Positions 41,502 to 52,160 are shown, counted from the first letter of the stretch. The stretch: 64,000 bases of DNA from Pseudomonadota bacterium (GCA_043820105.1 JBDREC010000010.1:62001-126000); one strand, 5' to 3'. Numbers and translations are program-made. The notes: generated by a model from the letters alone, not told the origin.

Positions 41502-44500
41502 GTGCTTTTGAAAAAGAACTTAAAAAACTTATCTTTTATTCAAATTATATTACTATTCTTGTCCTTTATGTACTTACTTAAGCCATGCTATTGTTCAAAT
41601 TTCACTGACATAAGTGATGAAATTATATCAAAGGCATCCAGGCTTGGAATAGAAGGTGATGATTTATTATCAAGACTGGAAAAAGTTGTTATATTGGAAG
41701 CAAAAATATCCCAGCTAAAAATGCGCCTTAAAAAGATAAAAAAATGGAATGAAGTAAAATCTGAATTTAATAAATACTCTTATCTTACTTATAAAGAAGA
41801 GCTCATACGTATAATTACTGAAATCGATGAAGCCACATATAAAGACTTTTATGAGCGCCTTGATAATGCAATATCATGGTTAGCAATCTTAGAAATGAAT
41901 TTAAGATTAATGTGCCCGCCTTGGATTAAATCTTATAATTTTGAATCAATGGCTGAGGAGTTTATTAAAACTTTAGAGCTAACACAAATCGCCAGTGATT
42001 TCTTTGAAGAAAAAAAGCAAAAATACCTTGAAGAAGCCATAGATTCAAAAGAGCAAGCAACATTAAACAATGATAGTTTTCATACGAAATATTATAGTGG
42101 AATAATTGAATATATAAAGGGGGATTTTTATTTATCATACACGTTTCTAAAAGAAGCTAAAAAAATAATAGATGATAATAATGTCAATGAAGATGAAATT
42201 CCTTTAGGTACAATAGAAATACTCCAAAATCAATTGATTACTCTAGAATCCTATTTTCTCCAAGAGGTAAGATCTAGCTTAAATCGTTTTTTGCTTTATG
42301 CAATGAATATGGATTCCATAGAATCTAATCATATTGAAAATGGTCGGAATTTATCTCCTGGAAAAAGAACCTTTATTTCAAAAGAAATTTTCCACCACCT
42401 AAATAGTGAAAATTCAGACCTTTTTGTTGAATATCCTAAAATCTCTTTTAATGATGAGCCAATAGTAGTTGAAAAAGTCAGACATATATTAGATGAGGTC
42501 AAAAAGTATGATAGTTATTATGATTCATGGAAAACACAAATCAATAAAGCAAATGTCAATATTATAGAAATCGCCCAAAAAGCCTGCAAAGGAAACAAAA
42601 AAGTAGTCACAAAAGCAATCTTAGAATTGGTTAGAGTTAATTTGGGACTAATCATTGAAAGTGAGTCTACTTGGTCTAAAATCTCAACTACAACAAAAAA
42701 ACTTTCTATTGGCTCATTAAAGGCATCAGTAGAAACATTAAAAGATATTCTTCAAAAACAAATAAGTAAAGAAGAACAAAAATTACCAATTGATAAAAAA
42801 AGAGAGCTTTGGTTTTCATCAAAAGTGGATGCCAACAAGTTCTTTGAACCATATGAAGCTTCTGAAAAGGCTTCAGTCCTACGAGCATACAAAAGTGCAT
42901 ATGCAGCAGACATTTATTCAGACAACATCTTTTCTCTTGTTGTTAATGATTTAAGTGCTCAAGGATTTGAAGAAACAGATTATGTTACAAAACAGCATAT
43001 AATCACTGCTATTGCATTAGCTCAAAAGGTTAAAAAAACAAAGCTATTTCAGGACACTTATCATTTCTCAGTAAACACCGGAAAATCAGCATTAAAGCTT
43101 GCAAAGGCAATAGCAATAGAGGGAATCACTTTTTATATTGGAGGAATCTTTGCAAAGGGATCAATATCCTTGGGGTTAAAATTATTAAGCAAGTATAGGC
43201 TAATAAAAGCAAGTTCCATCGTCAGAAAACAATCACTTGTTAAAGCTATCGCCTTTTCAGCAATTAACTTGCCAGTATATGCATTTTTCTTTACAGGCGC
43301 CAAAATTCCCTTTGATTTTATGATAGAGCAAAAGCCCTTTATTAACATTTCACATGAATTTCCCAAATACTACAAAAAATATTTTGAGATGTTTTTAATT
43401 GGAGGTGTTATTGGTTTTGGTTTTACTCACAGTCTAGGAAAAGCCATGCACTCATCTTCATTATTTGCAAACAACTCAACATTAATCCATGCAACAAAAC
43501 TTTCAAGGCAATCAGGCAAACTGTACATTGAAAAAGCTCTTGTTTCAGAACTTGAAAGATATGGTAAGAGAGTAAAAGAAATTTTATTTATTGGAGCACA
43601 GGCTACAGGGTTTGAACTCTTTCATGTTTTAAAAGAAAAAATTAAAACTGGTTATTGGAACTTTGATGATTTTGGAAAACATTTATTAAGTAATTTTGTA
43701 AACTTTTATGCTTTGCACATGTCAACAGCAACAATTGCTAGGCTTGTAGAAGGCCCAAAAGAAAGCTTAAAACTATCAAGAGAAATTGAAATCCCAGAAA
43801 TTGAAGTGCGAGCTGAACAAAATCCAGTTGATGTGCTTTTTGAAGCAGAATCTCAAAGGGCTTTAGGCCAAAATGGTGTTGATGCTGCGCCTTTTCTTAT
43901 TGAAGGAACAAGGCCCGGGTACAAAAACAGAACAACAGATGATGCCTTAATTCCTCCTGACTATGCTCAGGCAAAGCCAAAAGACAATGACACCAGCACC
44001 CTGGCCTATGCAGAAAAAGCAAGAGCAAAACTTGGTCTTCAAAGAAAAATAGCAGATCTTAATGACAAAGAAACTCTTATTTTAGAACCACAAAAAGATG
44101 GTTCATTTATAGAAGTAGCAAAACAAGATCCCAATAATAGTATCTTAATTACTAGGCAAAATAAATTTAAATTTACTTTAATAAATAATTCCAATTTATA
44201 CCTTTTCATAAAATACAAAGATAATTGGATACCAATTGAAAAAGGTATTAAAATAGATATTTTAAGTAATGACTTGATTGCTCTTGCAAAAAGGGGATCT
44301 GTTGAGCCAGTACTTGCAGAAGCTTTAATAATTTCAAATGCCTTAGCAAGAAACTATAAACCATCACTAAAAATTAGCTCAAGACATGGATATAATGAAG
44401 GAGCAAGAGTACAAGAAAGAGGGTTTGGTCAGATTTTCACAGTTGATGGAAATGAAGGAACCTTTCAAGCAAACACACAACCTGGAACCTTCAATTCACG

Positions 44501-45287
44501 ATCTTTTTCATCAATAGGAAAACCTAAAGGCCGAAAAACTGAAAACGAAGATGGCATAGGAGCTGTAGTTAGACTTGAAAACGGAGTTGAATCCCTGGAC
44601 ATTGTTTCAATTGATGCAATGGGAAAATATCAAGAAGCACGGCTTGCTATGCAAATAGCTCTTAGTGAATCAACTTCTCAACTGGCCTCAAACAAAACAA
44701 GCTTTGAAATCTGGAAATCAGTTCTTGAGCAATATGATCTAAGATTTGATCCCACCCTTCCAGACAGGCATTTAACTGGCGTTTGTCTAGTGCATGGCAG
44801 ATTTCAGGCAAGTCCAGATGGCAGTAAAACTCTTGATTTATCTTGGTTTGGAGATACCGGTGCAGTCATCTTTCGACCTGACCCTGCTAATCCGAAAAAA
44901 GCAAAAATTCTTTTTGAAACCATAGACAGTTCAATTGAAAATGCCTTAGCTACGGGAGAAATAAAGCTTTCTGATTTACCTGTGAAAAATCGTGAAAATT
45001 TAATAAGAAACGCTGTATTGAATCCTCTTTCTCTAGCCCATGGAATAAGAGGAATAACTTTTCATAGAATATATGATCTTCAAAAAGGAGATATTGCTAT
45101 TTTCGGATCAGATGGTTTAAGAAAATTTTTATCAAGTGCCGAAGTCTGGACACTGATTAGAGACTGCAAAAGCCCAGAAGAAATGATCTATATTTTACGA
45201 TCAGCGGTTTCAAGAACCATGCAATTTGAAGTCTTTTTAAATGGACATGGAGACAATGTTAACATCGGAGCAGTTATAGTAAATTAA
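41502..45287 (+). CDS. Large secreted protein with central hydrophobic helices and C-terminal PP2C/PPM-like phosphatase domain
   Basis: N-terminal hydrophobic signal; ENEDG, SIDAMG, WFGDT, FGSDGL, GDNVN match the order of PPM motifs. Confidence 0.75.
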   Translation: MLLKKNLKNLSFIQIILLFLSFMYLLKPCYCSNFTDISDEIISKASRLGIEGDDLLSRLEKVVILEAKISQLKMRLKKIKKWNEVKSEFNKYSYLTYKEELIRIITEIDEATYKDFYERLDNAISWLAILEMNLRLMCPPWIKSYNFESMAEEFIKTLELTQIASDFFEEKKQKYLEEAIDSKEQATLNNDSFHTKYYSGIIEYIKGDFYLSYTFLKEAKKIIDDNNVNEDEIPLGTIEILQNQLITLESYFLQEVRSSLNRFLLYAMNMDSIESNHIENGRNLSPGKRTFISKEIFHHLNSENSDLFVEYPKISFNDEPIVVEKVRHILDEVKKYDSYYDSWKTQINKANVNIIEIAQKACKGNKKVVTKAILELVRVNLGLIIESESTWSKISTTTKKLSIGSLKASVETLKDILQKQISKEEQKLPIDKKRELWFSSKVDANKFFEPYEASEKASVLRAYKSAYAADIYSDNIFSLVVNDLSAQGFEETDYVTKQHIITAIALAQKVKKTKLFQDTYHFSVNTGKSALKLAKAIAIEGITFYIGGIFAKGSISLGLKLLSKYRLIKASSIVRKQSLVKAIAFSAINLPVYAFFFTGAKIPFDFMIEQKPFINISHEFPKYYKKYFEMFLIGGVIGFGFTHSLGKAMHSSSLFANNSTLIHATKLSRQSGKLYIEKALVSELERYGKRVKEILFIGAQATGFELFHVLKEKIKTGYWNFDDFGKHLLSNFVNFYALHMSTATIARLVEGPKESLKLSREIEIPEIEVRAEQNPVDVLFEAESQRALGQNGVDAAPFLIEGTRPGYKNRTTDDALIPPDYAQAKPKDNDTSTLAYAEKARAKLGLQRKIADLNDKETLILEPQKDGSFIEVAKQDPNNSILITRQNKFKFTLINNSNLYLFIKYKDNWIPIEKGIKIDILSNDLIALAKRGSVEPVLAEALIISNALARNYKPSLKISSRHGYNEGARVQERGFGQIFTVDGNEGTFQANTQPGTFNSRSFSSIGKPKGRKTENEDGIGAVVRLENGVESLDIVSIDAMGKYQEARLAMQIALSESTSQLASNKTSFEIWKSVLEQYDLRFDPTLPDRHLTGVCLVHGRFQASPDGSKTLDLSWFGDTGAVIFRPDPANPKKAKILFETIDSSIENALATGEIKLSDLPVKNRENLIRNAVLNPLSLAHGIRGITFHRIYDLQKGDIAIFGSDGLRKFLSSAEVWTLIRDCKSPEEMIYILRSAVSRTMQFEVFLNGHGDNVNIGAVIVN

Positions 45288-45314
45288 ATAGGAATACTTT
45301 TCAAGGAGGAAAAA

Positions 45315-45452
45315 ATGAAAAGAAAACTAGCAAAAACCTTTTTGCTTAAAATCACGGTGCTTTTAATCTTTATTACAAATTCTCCTCTCTTTGCTGATGA
45401 TGATGGGATCGCAGCTAGCTTTCCGGAGTCCTGTTCTATTTTATCCCGCTAA
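45315..45452 (+). CDS. 45-aa signal-peptide-bearing ORF (small secreted peptide or truncated gene), not in the ORF track
   Basis: AAGGAGG-AAAAA-ATG; MKRKLAKTFLLKITVLLIFITNSPLFA/DDDGIAASFPESCSILSR*. Confidence 0.6.
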   Translation: MKRKLAKTFLLKITVLLIFITNSPLFADDDGIAASFPESCSILSR

Positions 45453-45459
45453 TTAGTTT

Positions 45460-47409
45460 TCACTTTTTTAATTTTCCCTTGATCCTTCCAGAACTACGCC
45501 TGCGAACTGGATCTTCTTTAACATTAACTCTGCCTGCCTTCACCTGGCTATAATCAGGCTGTTTTGTACTTCCAAATAATCCTTCCAAAGCATAAGCACC
45601 TCTGGGACTATCAAATATTCCTCTCTCAGAAATCCCTATTATTCTGGCAAGATCTGACTTTGCAGGTCTTGCTTCAGAACGTTTGGGAAAACCAATTCTT
45701 TGCTCAAACATTAGCATTTCTTTATTTGCTTTTACTTTTGATAAACTATAGCGGCGTTCATATTCCTGCAATTGAAAGTCAGTATATAGCTCCAGGTCAA
45801 AAGCATGAAACAATTGAAGGTCTCTTAGTTCACGCACAAACTCCACCAAGTATTGTGCTTTGCCTAACTGTCTTCTTAAGGTATCTTGATCTGTTAATGA
45901 AAACTCGATTTCGTTTATAGTTGACTCTACAAAGCTGGCTACAAATATAAGATCATGTATTCTGGTTTCCTGGTAAACACTTATTTTACTGATGTCGCCT
46001 TTAAATTCCAAGCCATAATTTTCAACGTGCTTAACAACTTCAATTTTTATTTGTATTTCCAAATCTTTTAATTCTGAATTTAATTTGTCTTTTATTTGCA
46101 TAAGGGCAGCTTCTTCATAAGGCAGATTCATATCATCCGGATGCGTAAGCTTATCTAATTCACCATCAGCACTTTGCTTTATTTTTTCAAGCAGTTCAGA
46201 GCCTTTTAATACTGAAAGGTATAAATCAATAAGCTCCCTTTTTTTATTAGCCTGACCCATATGAGAAAGCACTGACATTAATTCTTTTATGAATTGCTTG
46301 GTTTCAGAGTTATTCTCAATTTCATAAGCCTCTTCCAATTCCTCTAAAACCTCATTCTCACAACATTCAAAGATAAAAAGCATTATAAAACTAAGCTTTC
46401 TCACCTTATAACTTTCACTTTGAATGCCATTATCTAAAAGATCATCAATCAGTTCTCTTTTCAGACTATCATCTGATCCCACCATCTCAATATACTCTCC
46501 AGTTAATAGTGCCCTGTATCTTTGAAAAGCCAGTTCATGAGAATTGGGATGGGGATTTAAGATTAAAACTTCTAATGCCTGTGGGCTTCTATATTTTGGA
46601 TTAGTTAGTTCTTTGGCAATAAGAACTCTTAAAGCTTCTCCTCCTTTTGAATATAAGGTCAAAAGCCTTTTAGTCTTTGCCTCATATCTACGCTCACTTT
46701 TAAGCATAGCCTCCAAGTAAGGAACCAATATAGCATCTGAGGAAAAACTACGATTAATCACCCTGCTTTCTAAAAATAACAAGCCATAATCCCCTCCATA
46801 TAAGGACATATAAACAAAGGCTGCCTCAAAGGCTCCTTTTGAACCAGCCGAAAGGAACATTTCCGCATTTTCAATAATAGCACCTTCAGGCACATACCAT
46901 GCCCTGGATGCTTGCAAATATTCATATGTTTTTTTAAAATCCCTGGCTCTGTCTAAATCTTCACAATAAGCAGGATTGCTTCTAATCTCTTTTCTAAAAG
47001 GCACTTTTCCTGGAGGGGTTAATCTTTTTATATCTCCTAATTGCAATATATCTCTAACTCTTTCTAAGCCTTGATCAAGAAACCTTTCCAATTCCTCTGG
47101 AGTTTCAAACTCAATATCATCCATTATAATTCTGTTAAAACGCTCTTCTAGTTCAAATTTAAGCTCAAACAACCTTCCAATTACTAATATATTCCTTGTG
47201 CTCACTTCAGGGCTGTTTAAATATTCTCCTCTGCTCTGCCTTATTTCTTCCCTGATAATTACATCATAATAGTTATAATTTAAGGTTTGTAATAAATCAC
47301 TAATTTCCTTTAAAACAGCTTCCTTTTTTATTTGCAGCTGGTCAGGCATTGTGCTGGCATTTGCAAAAGTGAAGCTCAAAAATATACAAATAATTATTAA
47401 TTTTCTCAT
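45460..47409 (-). CDS. Secreted alpha-helical hypothetical protein
   Basis: Signal peptide MRKLIIICIFLSFTFANA; HEAT-like and coiled-coil segments; basic C-tail. Confidence 0.75.
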   Translation of the reverse strand: MRKLIIICIFLSFTFANASTMPDQLQIKKEAVLKEISDLLQTLNYNYYDVIIREEIRQSRGEYLNSPEVSTRNILVIGRLFELKFELEERFNRIIMDDIEFETPEELERFLDQGLERVRDILQLGDIKRLTPPGKVPFRKEIRSNPAYCEDLDRARDFKKTYEYLQASRAWYVPEGAIIENAEMFLSAGSKGAFEAAFVYMSLYGGDYGLLFLESRVINRSFSSDAILVPYLEAMLKSERRYEAKTKRLLTLYSKGGEALRVLIAKELTNPKYRSPQALEVLILNPHPNSHELAFQRYRALLTGEYIEMVGSDDSLKRELIDDLLDNGIQSESYKVRKLSFIMLFIFECCENEVLEELEEAYEIENNSETKQFIKELMSVLSHMGQANKKRELIDLYLSVLKGSELLEKIKQSADGELDKLTHPDDMNLPYEEAALMQIKDKLNSELKDLEIQIKIEVVKHVENYGLEFKGDISKISVYQETRIHDLIFVASFVESTINEIEFSLTDQDTLRRQLGKAQYLVEFVRELRDLQLFHAFDLELYTDFQLQEYERRYSLSKVKANKEMLMFEQRIGFPKRSEARPAKSDLARIIGISERGIFDSPRGAYALEGLFGSTKQPDYSQVKAGRVNVKEDPVRRRSSGRIKGKLKK

Positions 47410-47474
47410 AATCTCAATTTTCCTTATTTAGATGCTCATAATATAAAATATACCTTTAGCCATGGCTTATATCT

Positions 47475-47561
47475 TTCATTTTTAATGCCATTATTTGTAG
47501 TCTAAATAAATCTAAAAATTCATAAGGTTGGCTCAAAGAAAAAAGTTTCTTTTTTTCAAAA
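47475..47561 (-). promoter_or_regulatory. Sigma54-like promoter (GG-N10-GA) with conserved upstream box
   Basis: TTTTGAAAAAAAGA 47561-47548; TGGCATTAAAAATGAA 47490-47475. Confidence 0.55.
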
Positions 47562-47625
47562 GATGTAATTATTCATAAATCGGAAAAAAATGGGGAAGAA
47601 ATTGTCGCAAATATTTAGAGTTTGA

Positions 47626-48876
47626 TTATTTTGTATCTGCTGCAGTTTTTCCTGCCAAATATCCTGTTGACCAGGCGATTTGCAGATTGTAGCCGCCGGT
47701 TGGGCCATCCAGGTCAAGTATTTCACCTGCTAAAAATAAATTATCAATCCGTTTGGACCGCATTGTTTTTGGATCAACTTCTTTCAAATTAAGCCCCCCG
47801 GATGTAATGATTGCCTTATCAAAGCCATCCAGGGCTTTTACGTTCAACCTTAAATCCTTCAAAAGGTTTAATAGTTTCTTTCTTTCTTTTTTTGAAATCT
47901 CTGAAACCTTTTTATTTTCATCTATGCAAGTGAGCTGAATCATAATAGGAATTAACCTCTGGGGAAGCAGTTTGTTTAAACAGTTTTTAAACTGCTTGGC
48001 CTTGAATTCTTGAAAATCTCTTTGCATTCTTTTGTCTAATTTCTCTAATTCTAATGCAGGTTTAAAGTCAATAGATAGCTCGCAATCACCTGCTTCTAAA
48101 ACTTCGCCAACTGTTTTACTTAAGTCTAAAACGATTGGACCACTTAAGCCACTGTCTGTAAAAAGTGCTTCTCCAAACCTTGAGTCTTTCTTTTTTTTAT
48201 TTTGATAAACTGATATTTCCACATTTTTAAGACTCAAGCCCTCAAGCTCCCCAATCCATTTTTCCTTACAAAGAACAGGAACTAAAGCAGGTCTTGGTTT
48301 TACAATTGAGTGTTCTAACTTTTCTAGTAATCTATATCCATCACCAGAAGAACCAGTAGCAGGATAAGACATGCCTCCAGTGGCCAAAATAAAATTCTTA
48401 GCTCTAAGCACTTCTTTATTTGTTCCTAATTCTAAAATCTTATTTTCTTTTAGCTTAAAACTTTTTACTAAGCTCTTAGTTCTAATTTCTACCTTCTTTT
48501 TTCTTAAAACTTCCAATAATGTTTTCAACACATCTTGCGACCTATCACTTTCCGGAAAAACCCTATTCCCTCTTTCAATTTTAGTCTTAAGCCCCTTTCT
48601 TTCAAAGAACTCAATGGTATCTTGAACTGAAAAGGCATTTAACGCTGGAAACAGAAACTTGCCAGACTTCCCATAAACCTGCACAAGCTCTTTATTATCA
48701 AAAGAGGCATTTGTAATATTGCATCGTCCTTTGCCTGTTATTAAAAGCTTCCTGCCTGGTCTGTCATTTTTTTCTAAAATACAAACCTTTGCACCTTTTG
48801 AAGAAGCAGCAATAGCAGCCATAATTCCAGCAGGGCCTGCTCCAATTACAATTATGTCATATGTTTTTTCTTTCAT
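47626..48876 (-). CDS. HI0933/YhiN/BaiN family flavoprotein
   Basis: GAGPAG, GRKLLITGKGRCNITN, ATGGMSYPATGSSGDG, GEALFT..GLSGP, GPTGGYNLQ. Confidence 0.92.
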   Translation of the reverse strand: MKEKTYDIIVIGAGPAGIMAAIAASSKGAKVCILEKNDRPGRKLLITGKGRCNITNASFDNKELVQVYGKSGKFLFPALNAFSVQDTIEFFERKGLKTKIERGNRVFPESDRSQDVLKTLLEVLRKKKVEIRTKSLVKSFKLKENKILELGTNKEVLRAKNFILATGGMSYPATGSSGDGYRLLEKLEHSIVKPRPALVPVLCKEKWIGELEGLSLKNVEISVYQNKKKKDSRFGEALFTDSGLSGPIVLDLSKTVGEVLEAGDCELSIDFKPALELEKLDKRMQRDFQEFKAKQFKNCLNKLLPQRLIPIMIQLTCIDENKKVSEISKKERKKLLNLLKDLRLNVKALDGFDKAIITSGGLNLKEVDPKTMRSKRIDNLFLAGEILDLDGPTGGYNLQIAWSTGYLAGKTAADTK

Positions 48877-48920
48877 GGATTTATTATTTAATTTTAAAGA
48901 AGTGAAATCAAATTAATAAT

Positions 48921-51900
48921 TTAGATATTCCAATCATCTCCGAAAATTCCACCGAAAGGTCCAATTGTTGTGATTGTATCAGCAAAATCAATATAACCAT
49001 CCTGATTTAAATCCTCTAAAAGACCATCTCCATCCAGGTCATCTTGAATATCATTAAGATCTAAATCTAAAGTTCCTTCAAAAGAAAGATCTCCAATGAG
49101 ATCGAATTCTAAATAATTAAGATCCTCATTTTCTAACAAATCATAAATCCCGTTGGCATCGGAATCCTCCAGTGACAAGGTATCAGGAGCCCCTGAAGAA
49201 TCAACTTCAAATTCAATCAATGGATAACTTGCACTTGTATCACTTGTTTCAAAAATATTGTCATCAATCCAAGAATCATCCCCATAGGGGCTTGCATTAT
49301 ATCCATTATCTAAATAAAAATTACTCGGGCTATTGTTTAAGTATAAATTACTAAATGAATATACATTATCAGACATATCTGCATTTGAGTTTGGATAAGT
49401 TGAATCAAAGGCTGGTTTTAAATTATCATAAAAAATATTGTTAGCTAAAATCAGTAAAGAATCAAAAACGCTAAATTTATTAATTAATCCTCCCTCATAA
49501 AGAGTATCATTATTGTAAAATAAATTATTCAAAAATATTATTTCTGTTTCTGTTGAGCTTGTGTTATATAATCTATCAAACCTAATCAATTTGTTATTTC
49601 CACCGCTATTACCAGCAATTATATTATTGGACATAGTAAAATTTTCTACATTTTTGAATTTAAGAACTTCAAACTGACCATGGTTGCCAATAATGAGATT
49701 GTTAGTGAACGTAAGATTTGCATCTGGTCTATCTATTTGAATAGCCCCTGCACTTCTTTCAGATGAATTTCTAGCTATTATATTATTTCTTATGTTTATA
49801 ATACTATTTCCATTGTGGCCTATGGACATGCCTCCACCCAAACTGCTAACACTATTATCCCTAATTATATTATTTTCTATATTAAGTTCAAAATTATTAC
49901 CGCCAATACCAATTCCCCCTTCCAGCATAGCTACATTATTTTGAAGAATATTATTTTTAATAGTAATATTTCCCCAGCTATTATTAGAAAAAAGATATAA
50001 AGATATAGCTCCTCTTCTGCTATCACTATTTTCAATAATGTTATTTTCTATCACAATGTTTGTGTTATCTGCTTTACCGTAAAAATGAATTCCTCCGGCC
50101 ACATCATTTAAAGAGCTGCCATTTCTCATGGTAAAACCCGCAACTTTAAGGCTTTCTCCTCTACCTTGATAATTAACATATAAAGCGGTATCTATTCCAA
50201 GAGTGTCAATAATTGTATAATCTCTACCTTTTTGAGACATTAGCGAAAAGCCATTTGAAGCAACAAGTCTTTCATTATAAGTATAGGGAGCAACAACAAT
50301 ACAGTCATCTTCATTAGAATTATCCATTGCTCCTTGTATGGTAGCAAAAATTTCCAGATTATCAATAGCATCGCTCATTGGATCAACAAGCAAATCATAT
50401 GTAACACTTGAGTCAGAATCATCGCAATCTGACATGTTATCGACATATCCTGTTGGAATACTTGAATTGTCAGAGCAATTAATTACTATTTCATTGTGAT
50501 AATCTCCATATCCGTCATTATCATTATCAATATAAGCAAAAACATTGTTATCAATTTCGCCATCGCAATTATTATCTTTAGTGTCGCAAAGCTCTGGATG
50601 GGTAGGATTAATTTCGTTGTCCGAATCTTCGCAATCACCTCCCAAGAGAACAACATTATCAGGCAAAGGACAAATTCCTTGATATTCTTCATCACCATAA
50701 CCGTCACCGTCATTGTCATAATAGGCAATGGTATCTTCATCTATTTCACCATCACAATCATTATCTTGACCATCACAAACTTCCACACCATAACTATTTA
50801 TTAAATGATTGCTATCATTACAATCATCGCCATTTGAAATATATCCATTTAAAACCTTACAGGAAATAACCAGATTTTCAGCTCCTCCTTCTCCATCTCC
50901 ATCATCATCCCAGTAATTATAGATTTCCGGAAATCCTTCATTTACAACACCATCACAATTATTATCAAAGGAATCACAAATCTCTGGAGCACCTGGATAA
51001 ACACTATCATTCCAGTCTGTACAATCCCAATCATTTTCAACATACCCTTCTGGAACAGTACAAGCATCAATTGAAAAATGATCAGGACGACCAAAACCAT
51101 CTCCATCTGCATCGCGATAATAGGTATTAATAGGCAACCCTTCGTCAACCTGCCCATCACAATTATTGTCAAAAGAGTCACAAATCTCTATAGCATCGGG
51201 ATTAATCTCAACTTCAAAATCATCGCAATCACCTGCAACTAACACATAATTCAAGGGAGCTTCACACATATTAACAAAAACAGTTGAATTACCGAAACCA
51301 TCTCCATCTGTATCGAGGTAGTAAGTGTTAACAATAAAACCTTCATCTACATTTGAATCACAATTATTATCAATTGTGTCACAAGCTTCCAAAGCACTTG
51401 GGTTAATTGAAGCATCTGTATCATTACAGTCTAAATTATTATCAACAAAACCAGCTGGAATATTACAGGCAGATCCACTTAAAGAAGAGCTACCAAAACC
51501 ATCACCGTCTTCGTCAATATAAAAAGTAATATAAGCGCCCTCATCAATTTCATCATTACAATTATTATCAATATTATCACAAAGCTCCAGGTTACCTGGA
51601 TATCGGTTTGGATCATTATCATCGCAGTCACCCTCTTCAGGGCTAACACCATCTAAATCATCATCAATTTTAATAATTAATTCATCTTCTGTTGTGGTGC
51701 TTGCTTCTTCCACACCAGCAACATCTTCTGGAGGATTGTTATTTTGAATAGAATTAGTAGGATTTGGAGTTGGAAAGGAATCTGCAGTTTCATGGGATTC
51801 AATTTCCCCATCTAATATTGGGGCTTCTTGATTACTTTCCTGCTCAATTGAAATCTCGTCAATTGCTTCATCACTTGCCTTGCTTTCGCTTCCACAAGAA

Positions 51901-51965
51901 AGCAGAAGATATTGTGAAAGAATAAATATAAAAAATATAACAATTCTTTTTTTCAAGTTTTTCAT
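48921..51965 (-). CDS. Lipoprotein with MopE-like (putative metal-binding) Cys/Asp repeats and a right-handed beta-helix
   Basis: GGAGG RBS before MKNLKK; lipobox LLSC; about seven DCDD..P.A.E.CD..DNNCDG.VDEG units with YxDxDGDGFG; Asn/Ile-rich beta-helix (IENNII, NNIIA). Confidence 0.85.
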   Translation of the reverse strand: MKNLKKRIVIFFIFILSQYLLLSCGSESKASDEAIDEISIEQESNQEAPILDGEIESHETADSFPTPNPTNSIQNNNPPEDVAGVEEASTTTEDELIIKIDDDLDGVSPEEGDCDDNDPNRYPGNLELCDNIDNNCNDEIDEGAYITFYIDEDGDGFGSSSLSGSACNIPAGFVDNNLDCNDTDASINPSALEACDTIDNNCDSNVDEGFIVNTYYLDTDGDGFGNSTVFVNMCEAPLNYVLVAGDCDDFEVEINPDAIEICDSFDNNCDGQVDEGLPINTYYRDADGDGFGRPDHFSIDACTVPEGYVENDWDCTDWNDSVYPGAPEICDSFDNNCDGVVNEGFPEIYNYWDDDGDGEGGAENLVISCKVLNGYISNGDDCNDSNHLINSYGVEVCDGQDNDCDGEIDEDTIAYYDNDGDGYGDEEYQGICPLPDNVVLLGGDCEDSDNEINPTHPELCDTKDNNCDGEIDNNVFAYIDNDNDGYGDYHNEIVINCSDNSSIPTGYVDNMSDCDDSDSSVTYDLLVDPMSDAIDNLEIFATIQGAMDNSNEDDCIVVAPYTYNERLVASNGFSLMSQKGRDYTIIDTLGIDTALYVNYQGRGESLKVAGFTMRNGSSLNDVAGGIHFYGKADNTNIVIENNIIENSDSRRGAISLYLFSNNSWGNITIKNNILQNNVAMLEGGIGIGGNNFELNIENNIIRDNSVSSLGGGMSIGHNGNSIINIRNNIIARNSSERSAGAIQIDRPDANLTFTNNLIIGNHGQFEVLKFKNVENFTMSNNIIAGNSGGNNKLIRFDRLYNTSSTETEIIFLNNLFYNNDTLYEGGLINKFSVFDSLLILANNIFYDNLKPAFDSTYPNSNADMSDNVYSFSNLYLNNSPSNFYLDNGYNASPYGDDSWIDDNIFETSDTSASYPLIEFEVDSSGAPDTLSLEDSDANGIYDLLENEDLNYLEFDLIGDLSFEGTLDLDLNDIQDDLDGDGLLEDLNQDGYIDFADTITTIGPFGGIFGDDWNI

Positions 51966-52009
51966 TTCTCCTCCAGAAAAATATTTTGTGTTATTCATAA
52001 GCATATTAA

Positions 52010-52099
52010 TGCAAGCAGCATACCAGAACTCACTTGGCAAGATAAGACTATAATATCAATACAATACAATGAGAAGGAGTGTTTCTCTTTTATTCAAAA
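52010..52099 (-). promoter_or_regulatory. Sigma54 promoter with conserved upstream box
   Basis: TTTTGAATAAAAGA 52099-52086; TGGTATGCTGCTTGCA 52025-52010. Confidence 0.75.
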
Positions 52100-52160
52100 A
52101 AGGGATTTCAATTAGAATTGTAAAAAAAATTAAACTGCAAAAAATAATAATCTTATTCAT
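52056..52160 (-). pseudogene. Signal-peptide remnant (34 aa) of a deleted secreted-protein gene
   Basis: GGAG-caccct-ATG; MNKIIIFCSLIFFTILIEIPFLNKRETLLLIVLY*; the second half runs over the next promoter box. Confidence 0.5.

Noticed and set aside
51966-52040. TTG-initiated N-terminal extension of the MopE-repeat gene
   Set aside because: It overlaps the sigma54 promoter; the ATG at 51965 has GGAGG and begins a proper lipoprotein signal
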